Shown one piece after another: positions 28,957 through 38,946 of a stretch of 64,000 nt of DNA. The first letter of the stretch is position 1. Each line of letters begins with the position of its first letter. The notes beneath the pieces were generated by a model. That model saw only the letters and a program-made list of their open reading frames with translations. It searched no databases and was not told the DNA's origin. Made by a program: the position numbers and the translations under genes. This DNA comes from Methanobacteriota archaeon (GTDB lineage Archaea; Thermoplasmatota; Poseidoniia; Poseidoniales; Poseidoniaceae), in the NCBI GenBank assembly GCA_002722135.1, contig PBKJ01000008.1, forward strand, positions 30,290 through 94,289, read 5' to 3'.

Positions 28957-30081
28957 TCACAGTCCGTCAAAATCAAACTCGTCAGGGCCGTCAAGATCGT
29001 CAAACATGCCGTCAAACTCGTCGACTGGGGCGGCGGCGGCAACGGGAGCAGCAGCAACGGGCACGTCCGGCTCGTCGAGTTCGGTCACTTCCTCGAGTTC
29101 AGGGCCACTGGAACGGCGCACCAAACGGCCGACCACGAAGATGAGCAGGAAGAACACGACCACGCCCCCGCCAATGGCGGCATAGAGCTGAATCTGGTCT
29201 TGACTGAGTTCCTCAAGGCCACCTCCCACCAACGCGGCGTTGGTGGTGGCGGGCTGAACGACCACGGTGACGGTGGATTGCATCGGCTCGGCCGTGGCAT
29301 CGTTGGTGCTCGTCGCTTCAAAGACCACTTGGACGCGGACCTCTTCGGTCACCTCAGACGGCGTGCGCAGCACAATGGTGCGCTCGGCTGAGGTCCCCTC
29401 GACCATGACGGTCTCGGCAACAAAACTGCCCTCGGGGAAGCTGAAACCGGCGCCTTCCAGTTCGGCAAGGTTGGCGATGTTCACCTCGATTTTGTCTTCG
29501 GCGTTGCCGTCGTTGCCCATGGTGAAGCCGATGCTGACCTCCTCGCTGACTTCGAGGTTCCGGGTGGAACGGTCGGTGAGGGTCAAGTCAACCTGGCCGA
29601 ACGTTGCAATCGTCAACTCACCGGAGTAGGTCGCAGATTGGTTCAGCTGGTCCACTGGGAGCACCATCACCGAGGTAATGGAAGCGGTGATGTCGAAGTC
29701 AAGGGAGAGGTCGGCCTCGATCCTCGGCGAGCCAGAGAAGGTCGCCTCAAACTCCTCTTCTGCACCTGCGGCGAGGGTGAATTCGTCCTCCGAAAGCGAC
29801 ATGTCCACACGAGGGTCATCGTCCTGCCACTCGTAATCCACCGAGATGGTGGATTCCAGTTGGCCTGAATTTGACACGGTGCACGTGATGACCACATCCT
29901 CGTTTTCTGAGGGCGCGACGTTGAGCTCTGGGTCGCCGTCACAGTCGATTTGGACGCCGATGCCGATTTGGGCCTGGGCGCTCGGGGCCGCTACGAGCAG
30001 CAGGGAAGCCAGCAGCAACCCAACGGTCCACACAGCTCGTGAGGGGCGGCTCATTGGTTGCGGGTGATGCGACTCCGCCAT
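28957..30081 (-). CDS. Secreted Ig-like protein with C-terminal TM anchor and acidic tail (choice-of-anchor T-like)
   Basis: Signal peptide, acidic beta-rich repeats (TVSNSG, NDGNAED), TM helix followed by RR. Confidence 0.65.
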   Translation of the reverse strand: MAESHHPQPMSRPSRAVWTVGLLLASLLLVAAPSAQAQIGIGVQIDCDGDPELNVAPSENEDVVITCTVSNSGQLESTISVDYEWQDDDPRVDMSLSEDEFTLAAGAEEEFEATFSGSPRIEADLSLDFDITASITSVMVLPVDQLNQSATYSGELTIATFGQVDLTLTDRSTRNLEVSEEVSIGFTMGNDGNAEDKIEVNIANLAELEGAGFSFPEGSFVAETVMVEGTSAERTIVLRTPSEVTEEVRVQVVFEATSTNDATAEPMQSTVTVVVQPATTNAALVGGGLEELSQDQIQLYAAIGGGVVVFFLLIFVVGRLVRRSSGPELEEVTELDEPDVPVAAAPVAAAAPVDEFDGMFDDLDGPDEFDFDGL

Positions 30082-30108
30082 GAAGATGACGCCCTGTAGA
30101 GCACAGAA

Positions 30109-30987
30109 TCAGGCCCTGATGGAGGGCCCGTACAGGCGCTCAGGAAGGTCCACGTGTGCGCGATAGAGCACCTCGTCGTCCACACCGGCTTCGCTGAGTT
30201 GTCGGGTCCGCTTTGGAACCGTCTTTGGTCCAAGCACCGCTCCGGGACGAGCCGGGTCGTCCATGTGGTCCGTCTCGAGCATGAACCCTTGACGGGCATC
30301 GTCCATCGTCTCCAACAGCACCGGCAGGGCCCCCTTTCCGCACAAAACGCTGGGGATGAGACCATGCGTGGACGATGCGCTGACGTCTGGAGGAGCGTAG
30401 TGACGAACGATGCGATCACGAGGACAACCTTCCCGGTCGGCCATGTCAGCGAGTTCAGGATAGGTGGAGGCTTGCTCACCTTCGACGTGCAGCTGAAGCG
30501 CAAAGCCCTCGCGGCCGGCTCGACGCATGGTCCACGCCAACAACTCGTTCGAGAGGTCCCAAATGTCCTCGCTGACCGGCCAATGAGGGCGACCCACCTC
30601 GCCCACAGCGTGGGCCTTCCCTTCGTCAATGAAGGCCACGGCAGCATCGATGCTCGCGGTGTAGGCTTCGACGGCGCGAGCACGGCCGGCCTCGCCGTCG
30701 ACCGACCACGCCTCGAATTGATGGGCGAAGGCGGCCGGGTGTGGCCCGAGGACCACACGCACGCCAAGGCCCACCGAAGCTCGCACCTCTTCTGCCATGG
30801 CAATCGTGTCAGCGTACGCCGCGCGATGTCCGGCCTCGTCCGTGGGCGGGGCAGCAAAATCGGGGCAATGAACGAGGACCAGATCGGTGCCACCTGCACG
30901 AGCAAAGTCCTCAGCTGCAGCGATGCAGCGGCCGTCGCGACGCAGGTGGAAGTGGTCGTCGGTCACCGGCCCTTGGTACGACGACAT
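30109..30987 (-). CDS. TatD-related metal-dependent hydrolase (archaeal type)
   Basis: DDHFH, GPHP, GEVGRPHW, LQLHVE, FMLETD, PGAVLGPKTVP. Confidence 0.88.
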   Translation of the reverse strand: MSSYQGPVTDDHFHLRRDGRCIAAAEDFARAGGTDLVLVHCPDFAAPPTDEAGHRAAYADTIAMAEEVRASVGLGVRVVLGPHPAAFAHQFEAWSVDGEAGRARAVEAYTASIDAAVAFIDEGKAHAVGEVGRPHWPVSEDIWDLSNELLAWTMRRAGREGFALQLHVEGEQASTYPELADMADREGCPRDRIVRHYAPPDVSASSTHGLIPSVLCGKGALPVLLETMDDARQGFMLETDHMDDPARPGAVLGPKTVPKRTRQLSEAGVDDEVLYRAHVDLPERLYGPSIRA

Positions 30988-30989
30988 CC

Positions 30990-31529
30990 TCAGGCCTCGC
31001 TCACGAAGGCTTGACGGCTCTCGATTTGCGTTCGCCAGTGGACGGCGGCCATCGCCACCATGTTCGGATGACGAGCTTCGGTGGCCACGGCCTTACCGTT
31101 GCTCCACAGGTGAATGGTCAGGCCGTGTCGCTCGTCGTTGATGCACACGCAGCCAAGCCGTTCGTCCACTTCGCCTTGCCCTGCCCCGAGATCGCCAGCA
31201 AGGCGCTCGATGTGCACGGCTCGACGGTATTGGAAGGAGGCGATGATTGGGCCAAATTCCATGCTCAGTGAGGCGTCACTTGCACCAAGCCGAATCAGGA
31301 TTTCTTTGGCCGCCGCTTGAGCCGCTTCCACACGGTGCGTGCCGTGAACGATGAGACGTCCCTCCGCATCAACGATGACCGTCGCCGACGGGCGGGTCAG
31401 GGCCACGACCACAAGCTCGCCTGCTCGGACACCGCCGAGGTCAGCCTCGACTCGGGCCTGGTCAACAGGCGTCGCAGGAATGAACCGAATGAGGCGGTTT
31501 TCCACACGAACGTCGATTCCTTCGCTCAT
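30990..31529 (-). CDS. Highly diverged TATA-box-binding protein (TBP)-fold protein
   Basis: 179 aa, two-repeat pattern: VRVEN...PSATVIVDAEGRLIVHGT..EAAQAA and IIASF...TIHLWSNGKAVATEAR. Confidence 0.6.
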   Translation of the reverse strand: MSEGIDVRVENRLIRFIPATPVDQARVEADLGGVRAGELVVVALTRPSATVIVDAEGRLIVHGTHRVEAAQAAAKEILIRLGASDASLSMEFGPIIASFQYRRAVHIERLAGDLGAGQGEVDERLGCVCINDERHGLTIHLWSNGKAVATEARHPNMVAMAAVHWRTQIESRQAFVSEA

Positions 31530-31530
31530 G

Positions 31531-32319
31531 TTAGGCCTCCTCAAACGACGCGACGAGGTCGTCATATGAAACGATGACCTCGGCCGGAGGGCCCTCATTG
31601 AGCGCCTTCACCAGGGCGTCCACCCTCGGTTCGACCAGCACGAGAAGGAGCGTGGAACCCCCCGCCTTCCGCACCTCGGCCAAGGCACCTCGGGCCCGAG
31701 CGGCAAAGCGACGGTCGCGAGAAAGACGGGTGGTCACCGTCAGGTCTGCGTCCCACATCTGCCACCACGCGCGCGTGGAGACCATGACTTCGGCCATGCC
31801 GTCCTCTGGACCGGACGTGACCCCTGATGCAGCGTCCGACAGTGCCTTTCGCCACGCACGACGGCTGCGCACCCTTCGAATGAGCCGGCGCCAATCCGTC
31901 CGTTCCTTCGCCTCAAGCGAGAGGTGATCGGACCACGCCTCGTCGTCCAGGTTCGGCTCGAGGAAATACACTGATCGGTCAGAACGCTGTGCCTCGCGGA
32001 ACAAGCGAAGCGGCTCAGGGTCAGGAAACCGACCGGTCAGGGGACCGTCGATGCTGGTGAGGGCATCGAGAAGATGCGCTTCATGCCCGATGCCAAATCG
32101 AGCCGCTTCGAGGTTGACGCCGGGAGAGGCTCGCTCGTCCTCCTCCTCTTGCAACCACGCCTCCGGCGCTCCAGCATCGTCGAGCAGCGCAAGACCGTCC
32201 CACGCCTTCGGGTTTGGCCAGAGGCTGCGCGGCAGGACCACCGTGGGGAAGGTCCCGTGCAGGAGGATCGTCCCTCCGTCAGGATCTTCCCACGAAGCCG
32301 TGGACCAGCCACGGGTCAT
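31531..32319 (-). CDS. Hypothetical protein
   Basis: 262-aa ORF tightly packed between neighbours on the same strand. Confidence 0.65.
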   Translation of the reverse strand: MTRGWSTASWEDPDGGTILLHGTFPTVVLPRSLWPNPKAWDGLALLDDAGAPEAWLQEEEDERASPGVNLEAARFGIGHEAHLLDALTSIDGPLTGRFPDPEPLRLFREAQRSDRSVYFLEPNLDDEAWSDHLSLEAKERTDWRRLIRRVRSRRAWRKALSDAASGVTSGPEDGMAEVMVSTRAWWQMWDADLTVTTRLSRDRRFAARARGALAEVRKAGGSTLLLVLVEPRVDALVKALNEGPPAEVIVSYDDLVASFEEA

Positions 32320-32327
32320 GGTCAGGC

Positions 32328-35300
32328 TCACTCCTGGCTGTTGACCCACTCAAGCAGGGAGGGAATGTCCCAACCTTGGTCGAAGTACCCCTGGATTTGC
32401 TCTTGCGTCCATTGTGGGAAGGTCTTCATCGCTTCCGCCATTTGCGGACTGACGTCAGCAGCAGGCGCGCTGGCCGGGATGTTCACGACTTGCTTGGTGT
32501 CTTGTTCCTCGTAATCGTCGTATTCGTCATCGTCGTCCACGACCGAGCCGCCACCGCCTCGGCGGAGGAGCACCATCACAAGGGTGGCCAACACGGCGAC
32601 CACACCGACCAAACCGACGAGCAAGAGGGCCATGGCCCCGCCTTGGCCTTCGTCGCTCTGGACCTTGACGTTGATGAGGCCGCCCGCGGTTTCGCTTCCG
32701 TTGTAGAGCAGTTCACCGCTGACCTCGTCATAGATGAGGTAATACAGACCGGTTGTTGGGGTCAGGTAGGCTTCGAGGGTGATGGATTCCCAAGCGGTAG
32801 CACCGATGCCCAACTCTTGCGAGGTGTGCACGGTTTCACGGGAAGCGATGCCGTCGTAGACGCCCATCACGCGCAGGTCAACGGTTCCAGCAAGGCTGCC
32901 GGTGTTTTGCAAGTAGACCTCGAGGGTCATTTGCTGTCCGACCTCGGGCTGCGCAGGGTCAAAGCGCACCGTGCCGACGGTGAAGACCGCTTCTTCGTTG
33001 ATCAGGTTGTACTGCGACGTGGCCTCATCGGAATTGCCGTTGATTGGAACCACGTTGCCGTCAGAGGTGGGGCCACCACCGAGGATTGAGGATCCTGCGG
33101 AATCGGTGCCGTACACCCAGAAGATGACGCGGACACCGGCCATTTGAGCGGCCGAGGGCTCAACGGGGTCAGGCCAAAGGTCGATGCAATCCGCCGAAGC
33201 GTAGTATTCACCGACACCTTTCACGAGGCTCACCGGGGTCGAGAGGGGGCCGGCTCCGAAGGCCTGACCGTAGACGGGCCAGGTAAGCCCCGTGCTTGGG
33301 TCGGCGTAGAACTGCCAGCGGATCTCCACTTCGTCCTCGAGCAACTTCTCAGGCTCTTCGATGGTCACGACCGCGTCAACGCAGTGGAGCACCGAGGAGG
33401 GCAGGTCTTCGCCAAGGGCGTCTTCGGTTCCGCCCTTGGTCAACTCCCAGCTGTTGCTGGCCACCTTGGGGGCGTTGAAGTCCACCTTGAGCGTGAACTC
33501 AGCGCAACCGTAGCCGTCGAAGTCACCACAATACGCGTCCGTCGCGTCCGTCGCTCCCGTGGGCATGTCAATGAGGCGGAAGGTGTACACGAATTCGTTG
33601 GTCACGGGCGGTGCGGTGATGTTGAAATCGAACACGCCGCCGGTGAAGGTCTCGGTCCACACCTCACCTTGGTATGGGATGTAATCCTTCCCGGGTTCAC
33701 TGACCTTGGCCGCAGCCTGGCGGGTGATTTCCATCGTGAGGGGGATCTCAGGCTGAATCGAGACGCCGTTTGCCAAACCGGCCACGTAAGCGTAGCGGCC
33801 TTCGAAGCGGATGGTGTCGCCAGGGCCCACAAAGCCGACCTGGACGTCGTTGGTCACGGGTTCGGTCTGGTCAGAGATGTAGGGAATTTCCATGATGCCA
33901 GCGTTGAGGTCTGCGCGGAAGTCAAGCCTCACGCCGTCGGCATACATCCAGTCTTGGAGGTGTCCAGAGAGACCGAGGTAATTCTGGATGACGTTGTCGA
34001 AGTCCTGGATGCTCACCTTTGGCGTGCTGGCACCGACGTGGCCAGGAATGCCCCATGCCAGGCGAACTGGGAGGTCGAGGTAGAAGGTGCTCTCGAACGG
34101 ATCGATCAGCGCACCACCGTCCATGCGGCGCAGGCTCGGCGAGAGCTCGTCGTCGTCGACGATGGTCAGGTAGGGCGACGTGGTCCACGCCGTGCCGTTT
34201 CGCGGGTGGAAGTTGATGACCATGTCTTCCGAGGAGGCTCCGTCGAGGTTCACGCGGATGGTGTCGAGGTCACGCCAGCCGTTGCCGTCCTGGGCCTCGA
34301 CGATCACGTGGTAGGTGTTGCCTGCATAGACCGTCTTGTTCTCAAGGCCCTGATAACCGGGGTCGGTCGAACGCATGAAGCGCAGCCCATTGGCGTCCTC
34401 GATGTAGACGTTGTTGATGACCGGCGTGGCCGAACTCATGGAGACGTAGGTCACGTAGTCGTTCTCGAAGCCAGCTGAGCCCCCATCGATGGAGTTGCCT
34501 GCGAGGTCAAAGCCCTCAATCCAAACGCTCACCTTGCCCACGGGATCGCGCCCGAGGTTGGCTTCGTCGTTGAATTGGGCGATGTAAGAGGCGTTTGGAG
34601 CACCACCGTCGCTGTTCAGGGTCACCATCGTGTATTCTTGGGGATCGGCTTCGCCGTCACCGTCGGTGTCGTGTTCGTACTCCACCCAAAGGTGCATCGT
34701 CATGGTCTCCGGCGGCGAGGGCAGGTCCTGCGCGATAAGGCGCATCTGCTGGGTTGCAGAAGGAATCACCCAAGTGTCGTCGTACACGCGACGCCAGTTC
34801 TCTGGCAGGTCGGCTCCGCCAAGGAAGACCGACATGGAAAGGAGGTTGGGCTCGTAGGTGTCGATGGAGAGGTTGAACGGCACCGCGCAATCGTCGTCCG
34901 GTCGCAATTCAGCACCGGGACAAAGCGTGTCGCCACCCTCGTAGCCGGCCATGCGAACACGGAGGATTTCGTCCCCAGCAGCGCCCTGGCCAAGGTCGAT
35001 GGGCCACGAAATGTCCCCACCGATGGGGCCACTGATGTTGTCGATCTCGGTCCATCCGATGGTGATGTTCCCGTCGATGTTGTCCACGGTCTGCTGTTCC
35101 AGCACGAGGTTGTAGGCGGAGGGATCGGGTGCGACGTCAAGGTCCTGCAAGCGGACGCTCATGTCGATGGTCATGTAGCGGGTGGAAACCGCGTCGTCGA
35201 GGTCCTGAACCTCGGCGTTGGCGTTGAGCACCTGCAAACTGGTGATGCTGGCGTCGTTCTCGATGGCGTTGCCTTCGCTGGGGTCAAAGAGGACCGCAGC

Positions 35301-38174
35301 GGGGAGGCCATCGACGCCGTTCGCACCGACGCTGAAGGCGTAGAGGCGCAGGGTGTCCGCGTCTTCCCAAGCGGGGTTCACGCGGAAGCGCCAGGTGATG
35401 TCCTTGCCCGCAGGGCTCGTGGTGTCCACCACGGTGGAGGTTTCCAACGTCAGGTAGTTGCCCGGGTCAGCGCGCTTCTCGAACCCGGTCACTTCGGACC
35501 ACGCCACTTCGACGGTTCCGGTCGAGGATTCGAAGAGCAACACGGCCTCAGCGAGCGTGGTGCCCGTGGCGCCGTCGACCGCGTGGGTGCTGGTCACCTC
35601 GTAGATCTCGCCCGAGGGGTAGAGACCAACAGGACTGCCGGTGACGGTCATCGTGCTGTCGTATCCCGACGCGGTGCTGACGCTGAGGTCGGCAAAGCGC
35701 ACCGCACCACCGTTGCTGGTGTACACCGCGAAGGGGATGTCCGCCGTACCCGTGCCTTGGGCCAGCGCCACGCCCTGATTCAGTTCGCGGTCGAAGCCGT
35801 CGGACTCGTCGAAGGTGCGCTCCCAGTCGTACAGGATGTCGAGGTCACGGACCACAAGCGAACTGCCCGTCGAGGCGTTGAGGCTCTCAAGTTCGAAGCG
35901 GAAGGACACCCACTGGTTGCCGTAGTCGTCCTCGAAGGCGAAGGGCACTTGCGGGTCGTTCAGGAGGTTGTTGATGGCGTCGGCCAAGCCGATCGGCGTC
36001 CCTCCGATGGTGGGCATGATGCGCGTCGCGTTCGGCATGGCGCCGAGGTCTTCGCTCAAACCACCGACGGCGAGCATCAGGTCGAAGCCCTCACCTGCGT
36101 CGGTCGTGGAGTAAATGGTGTTCTGATCGAAGACGATGTCCGCGGCCGTGACGGTCGCACCGTAGGGCAGCACGAAGCCGCCGCCGACCGCTTGCGCAGC
36201 AAGGTTCAGCGTCATCGTTTTGCTGTCCACACCGGTGTGCACATCGCCAATCTTGGCGTTGTAGAACATGGTCTGACGACCAAGCGCACCGAAGGCGGGC
36301 TGGTCAAAGGCCCAGTCGATGTCACCGTCGTTGGCCAGGTCCACGCGAACGTCGTTGGCGTGGTGTCCAAAGCGGAGGTCGAACCAAATTTCTGAGACCC
36401 TACAATCAAAGAAATTGTTCGCGGGGTCGAAGTTGAAACTGATCAAGGCCTCGAAACCGAACATTGGGCTGCTGAGTTGATTCCACTGGTCCACAACAAT
36501 GTCCTCAGGAAGATCTTGCTCGATGGTGGACAACTGGATGTCTGGGGCTTCCGAACACTCTCGGTTGACGGTGGGCTTGATGGCCACGATGGGATGATCG
36601 AAGTTGATGCGCTCGATGGAAGGTGAGAATCCGGTGTCCACCAAGGTCGGCTGGTAAGCGTAGGGGCCGGCCATCGCGTTCCACGCGCCTCCGTAGATTT
36701 CCGGATTGGCCAAATCGGTTTGGTTGAATCCGGTTCCGATACGCGTTCCAATGTTGAACCCGTGCAGCACGGCCGTGGAAAGTCGATCCGGGCCTGAGTC
36801 GAAATTGAACATGAAGTCCAGTGACTTGTGGACGTTGGCGTCGATGTTCCATAGCTCGATGATGTCCCCGGTCAAGCCCGACATCGGGTTGCCGTCAAGG
36901 TCGTTGACCAACAGCCCGGTCTGGGTGTTGTAGACGTCCACGTTGAGGGTCCCCGTCTGGGTGGTCTCGAGCTCCATGTTGAGCAGCCCGTAGCCGTTGG
37001 GTTGTGGGTCTCCTCCGTTCACAGAAGGAAGGAAGCCGCGGACCTTCATCCAGCCGTTTGCAGGCAGGAGTTGGCCCAAGCGAACGTTGTCGATGTACCA
37101 GCCAGGCATGGTGTAGTTCGTCGGCGTGTTGCCGTTGCCGCCCACGTTGTTGTGCTCCATGACGAAGCGGAGTTGCACCCACTGACCCACGTAATCGGTC
37201 AAATCGATGGCGATGTCTGCCCACCCGCTGGGGTTGTTGGTGCTCACGGACGTGCCACCAAGGGCGGATTGGGTCGAACCAACGCCCTGGCAGCCGCTCT
37301 GGATTTGACCCTGGTTGTTGCCCTTCGTGTACAGCCCGTTTCCAAAGCCAATGTTGGAGGAGTTGGCTTGGTCGACAGGGATGTAGTTGAACGCGTTTGG
37401 ACCGCTGGTGTCGGGAGGGAAGAACTCGTCGTTGCGCTCTCGAATTTCGATGTACGCACAGTCGCGGTAGTACTTCTGAACGCCGCCCGTTCCGGACTCG
37501 AGGTAGTTCAAGGCGTGGAAGGAGGAAAAGCGGAAGGTGGTCCCCCCCATCGCGGGGTCAACGAAAATCGCAGGCGACAACAAACTGCTGTCGAACGCGT
37601 TTCCGTTGTTGTCGTCACGGTAATCGTCGTCGAAGGGGTTGGTGCCCCAGCACATCTCACCAGACTTGCAGCCGGTTGGGAGGATGCCGAGCGAGGAGGA
37701 AATGCTGCCGTGACCCCACGACATGGGGCTCATGGGCGGCTGCGTGCCGTCGGTGAAGTTCTTCGTGGTGCCCTCAAAATCGCTAAGGAAACCGTTCGAC
37801 GTCAGGCGAACAGGCGTGGCATCTGACCCGTCTTCGAACTGGAAAGAGGACTTGGCCGAGAAGGAGGTCAGCTGCCCGTTGGCGTCGGGGCTCCACGTCT
37901 TCGGGAGGGTCTCGGTGTCGATCCTCACGAAAGCATCGTGCTCGGCCATGGCCGTGCCCACGGTCATCGAGGCCGACGTCACGGTCTCACCGGCAGGGAG
38001 CGTCACGGACGCATCATCGAGGTCCAACCACGTCGCAGGGTCGCGAACATCGACCACGGCCTCGGCATCTCCACCGCTAAACGTGGTGACGTTGATGGAG
38101 GACGCGAGAGGGACGAGGAGAAGCATGGCCATCATCAAGAGGGCGGGCAAGCGGCGGGGGGCATTTGCGTTCAT
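32328..38174 (-). CDS. Giant (1948 aa) secreted, membrane-anchored surface protein
   Basis: Signal peptide, acidic beta-rich body, adhesin-like GWYIDNV motif, CARDB-like last domain, C-terminal TM plus RR and acidic cytoplasmic tail. Confidence 0.85.
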   Translation of the reverse strand: MNANAPRRLPALLMMAMLLLVPLASSINVTTFSGGDAEAVVDVRDPATWLDLDDASVTLPAGETVTSASMTVGTAMAEHDAFVRIDTETLPKTWSPDANGQLTSFSAKSSFQFEDGSDATPVRLTSNGFLSDFEGTTKNFTDGTQPPMSPMSWGHGSISSSLGILPTGCKSGEMCWGTNPFDDDYRDDNNGNAFDSSLLSPAIFVDPAMGGTTFRFSSFHALNYLESGTGGVQKYYRDCAYIEIRERNDEFFPPDTSGPNAFNYIPVDQANSSNIGFGNGLYTKGNNQGQIQSGCQGVGSTQSALGGTSVSTNNPSGWADIAIDLTDYVGQWVQLRFVMEHNNVGGNGNTPTNYTMPGWYIDNVRLGQLLPANGWMKVRGFLPSVNGGDPQPNGYGLLNMELETTQTGTLNVDVYNTQTGLLVNDLDGNPMSGLTGDIIELWNIDANVHKSLDFMFNFDSGPDRLSTAVLHGFNIGTRIGTGFNQTDLANPEIYGGAWNAMAGPYAYQPTLVDTGFSPSIERINFDHPIVAIKPTVNRECSEAPDIQLSTIEQDLPEDIVVDQWNQLSSPMFGFEALISFNFDPANNFFDCRVSEIWFDLRFGHHANDVRVDLANDGDIDWAFDQPAFGALGRQTMFYNAKIGDVHTGVDSKTMTLNLAAQAVGGGFVLPYGATVTAADIVFDQNTIYSTTDAGEGFDLMLAVGGLSEDLGAMPNATRIMPTIGGTPIGLADAINNLLNDPQVPFAFEDDYGNQWVSFRFELESLNASTGSSLVVRDLDILYDWERTFDESDGFDRELNQGVALAQGTGTADIPFAVYTSNGGAVRFADLSVSTASGYDSTMTVTGSPVGLYPSGEIYEVTSTHAVDGATGTTLAEAVLLFESSTGTVEVAWSEVTGFEKRADPGNYLTLETSTVVDTTSPAGKDITWRFRVNPAWEDADTLRLYAFSVGANGVDGLPAAVLFDPSEGNAIENDASITSLQVLNANAEVQDLDDAVSTRYMTIDMSVRLQDLDVAPDPSAYNLVLEQQTVDNIDGNITIGWTEIDNISGPIGGDISWPIDLGQGAAGDEILRVRMAGYEGGDTLCPGAELRPDDDCAVPFNLSIDTYEPNLLSMSVFLGGADLPENWRRVYDDTWVIPSATQQMRLIAQDLPSPPETMTMHLWVEYEHDTDGDGEADPQEYTMVTLNSDGGAPNASYIAQFNDEANLGRDPVGKVSVWIEGFDLAGNSIDGGSAGFENDYVTYVSMSSATPVINNVYIEDANGLRFMRSTDPGYQGLENKTVYAGNTYHVIVEAQDGNGWRDLDTIRVNLDGASSEDMVINFHPRNGTAWTTSPYLTIVDDDELSPSLRRMDGGALIDPFESTFYLDLPVRLAWGIPGHVGASTPKVSIQDFDNVIQNYLGLSGHLQDWMYADGVRLDFRADLNAGIMEIPYISDQTEPVTNDVQVGFVGPGDTIRFEGRYAYVAGLANGVSIQPEIPLTMEITRQAAAKVSEPGKDYIPYQGEVWTETFTGGVFDFNITAPPVTNEFVYTFRLIDMPTGATDATDAYCGDFDGYGCAEFTLKVDFNAPKVASNSWELTKGGTEDALGEDLPSSVLHCVDAVVTIEEPEKLLEDEVEIRWQFYADPSTGLTWPVYGQAFGAGPLSTPVSLVKGVGEYYASADCIDLWPDPVEPSAAQMAGVRVIFWVYGTDSAGSSILGGGPTSDGNVVPINGNSDEATSQYNLINEEAVFTVGTVRFDPAQPEVGQQMTLEVYLQNTGSLAGTVDLRVMGVYDGIASRETVHTSQELGIGATAWESITLEAYLTPTTGLYYLIYDEVSGELLYNGSETAGGLINVKVQSDEGQGGAMALLLVGLVGVVAVLATLVMVLLRRGGGGSVVDDDDEYDDYEEQDTKQVVNIPASAPAADVSPQMAEAMKTFPQWTQEQIQGYFDQGWDIPSLLEWVNSQE

Positions 38175-38243
38175 GGCGACACCGGCGTCTGCGCGACAGC
38201 AAGCCTGCCTAAAAGAGTCCCCGTGAGGGTGCTTCGACGTGCC

Positions 38244-38906
38244 TCAGAGGGGCACGCTCACGCGCTGTGACCAAGCGTGCTTCGCGAGGTCCAACAAACC
38301 GCCCACGCGAGCCTCGCTTCGCTCGAGCCATTCCCGGTTGCCAACGGTGGTGGTGTGCTTGGGCCCGAGCGCGTCACAGACCTCAGGTCCAATGCTCAGT
38401 TCGTAGGTGCCCAGCGCACGGGCCATGTCGGTGATGGCTGATTTGTCGAACCCGAGCAAGGGCCTGAGGATCTCAAGTTTGGTGGCTTCCTCGACAGCAC
38501 CAAGGTTGCCCAGGGTTTGACTGGAGACCTGACCGAGGTTTTCTCCGGTCAACACATGGCTTGCACCAACCTCGTTGGCGTGCAGCGTCGCCACGGTGTT
38601 GAACACCCGCTTCATGTGGATGAAGTACTCCGAATGGCACCATGATTCGGTGAACTTGGCCATGACCTCTGCGACAGGGACGACCACGAGCGTTGGATTG
38701 AGCCGTGTGCTCACGTCAACTCCAAGCGCGCCGTCCATCGCACCAAGGTGTTGCAGGCTGGCCATGGTGCGTTCTTGCGCCTCCGGGCCGGTGACGGGCT
38801 CCATGCTGAAATGCAGCGGATGGAGATCCCAACCGGCGCGCATGGCCCGCGCGGCCGCCACGGGAGAATCGATGCCGCCCGACATCAGGCCGACACACAC
38901 CCCCAT
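38244..38906 (-). CDS. ThiI-family PP-loop sulfurtransferase lacking THUMP domain
   Basis: LMSGGIDSPVA, TGENLGQVSSQTL, ILRPLLGFDK, GTYELS; protein starts directly at the PP-loop. Confidence 0.85.
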   Translation of the reverse strand: MGVCVGLMSGGIDSPVAAARAMRAGWDLHPLHFSMEPVTGPEAQERTMASLQHLGAMDGALGVDVSTRLNPTLVVVPVAEVMAKFTESWCHSEYFIHMKRVFNTVATLHANEVGASHVLTGENLGQVSSQTLGNLGAVEEATKLEILRPLLGFDKSAITDMARALGTYELSIGPEVCDALGPKHTTTVGNREWLERSEARVGGLLDLAKHAWSQRVSVPL

Positions 38907-38946
38907 GACCAACAAGCCGACGAAGTCACGTCATGAGCCTTCCCCG

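Noticed and set aside
16806-28960. tRNA-Gly-anchored genomic island carrying the PKS
   Set aside because: No integrase, no duplicated tRNA 3' end seen, and PKS composition resembles the flanks
34575-36395. Long antisense ORFs (also 9257-10627, 33144-34478, 61510-62793 and others)
   Set aside because: Shadows of real opposite-strand genes caused by high-GC codon bias; no motifs
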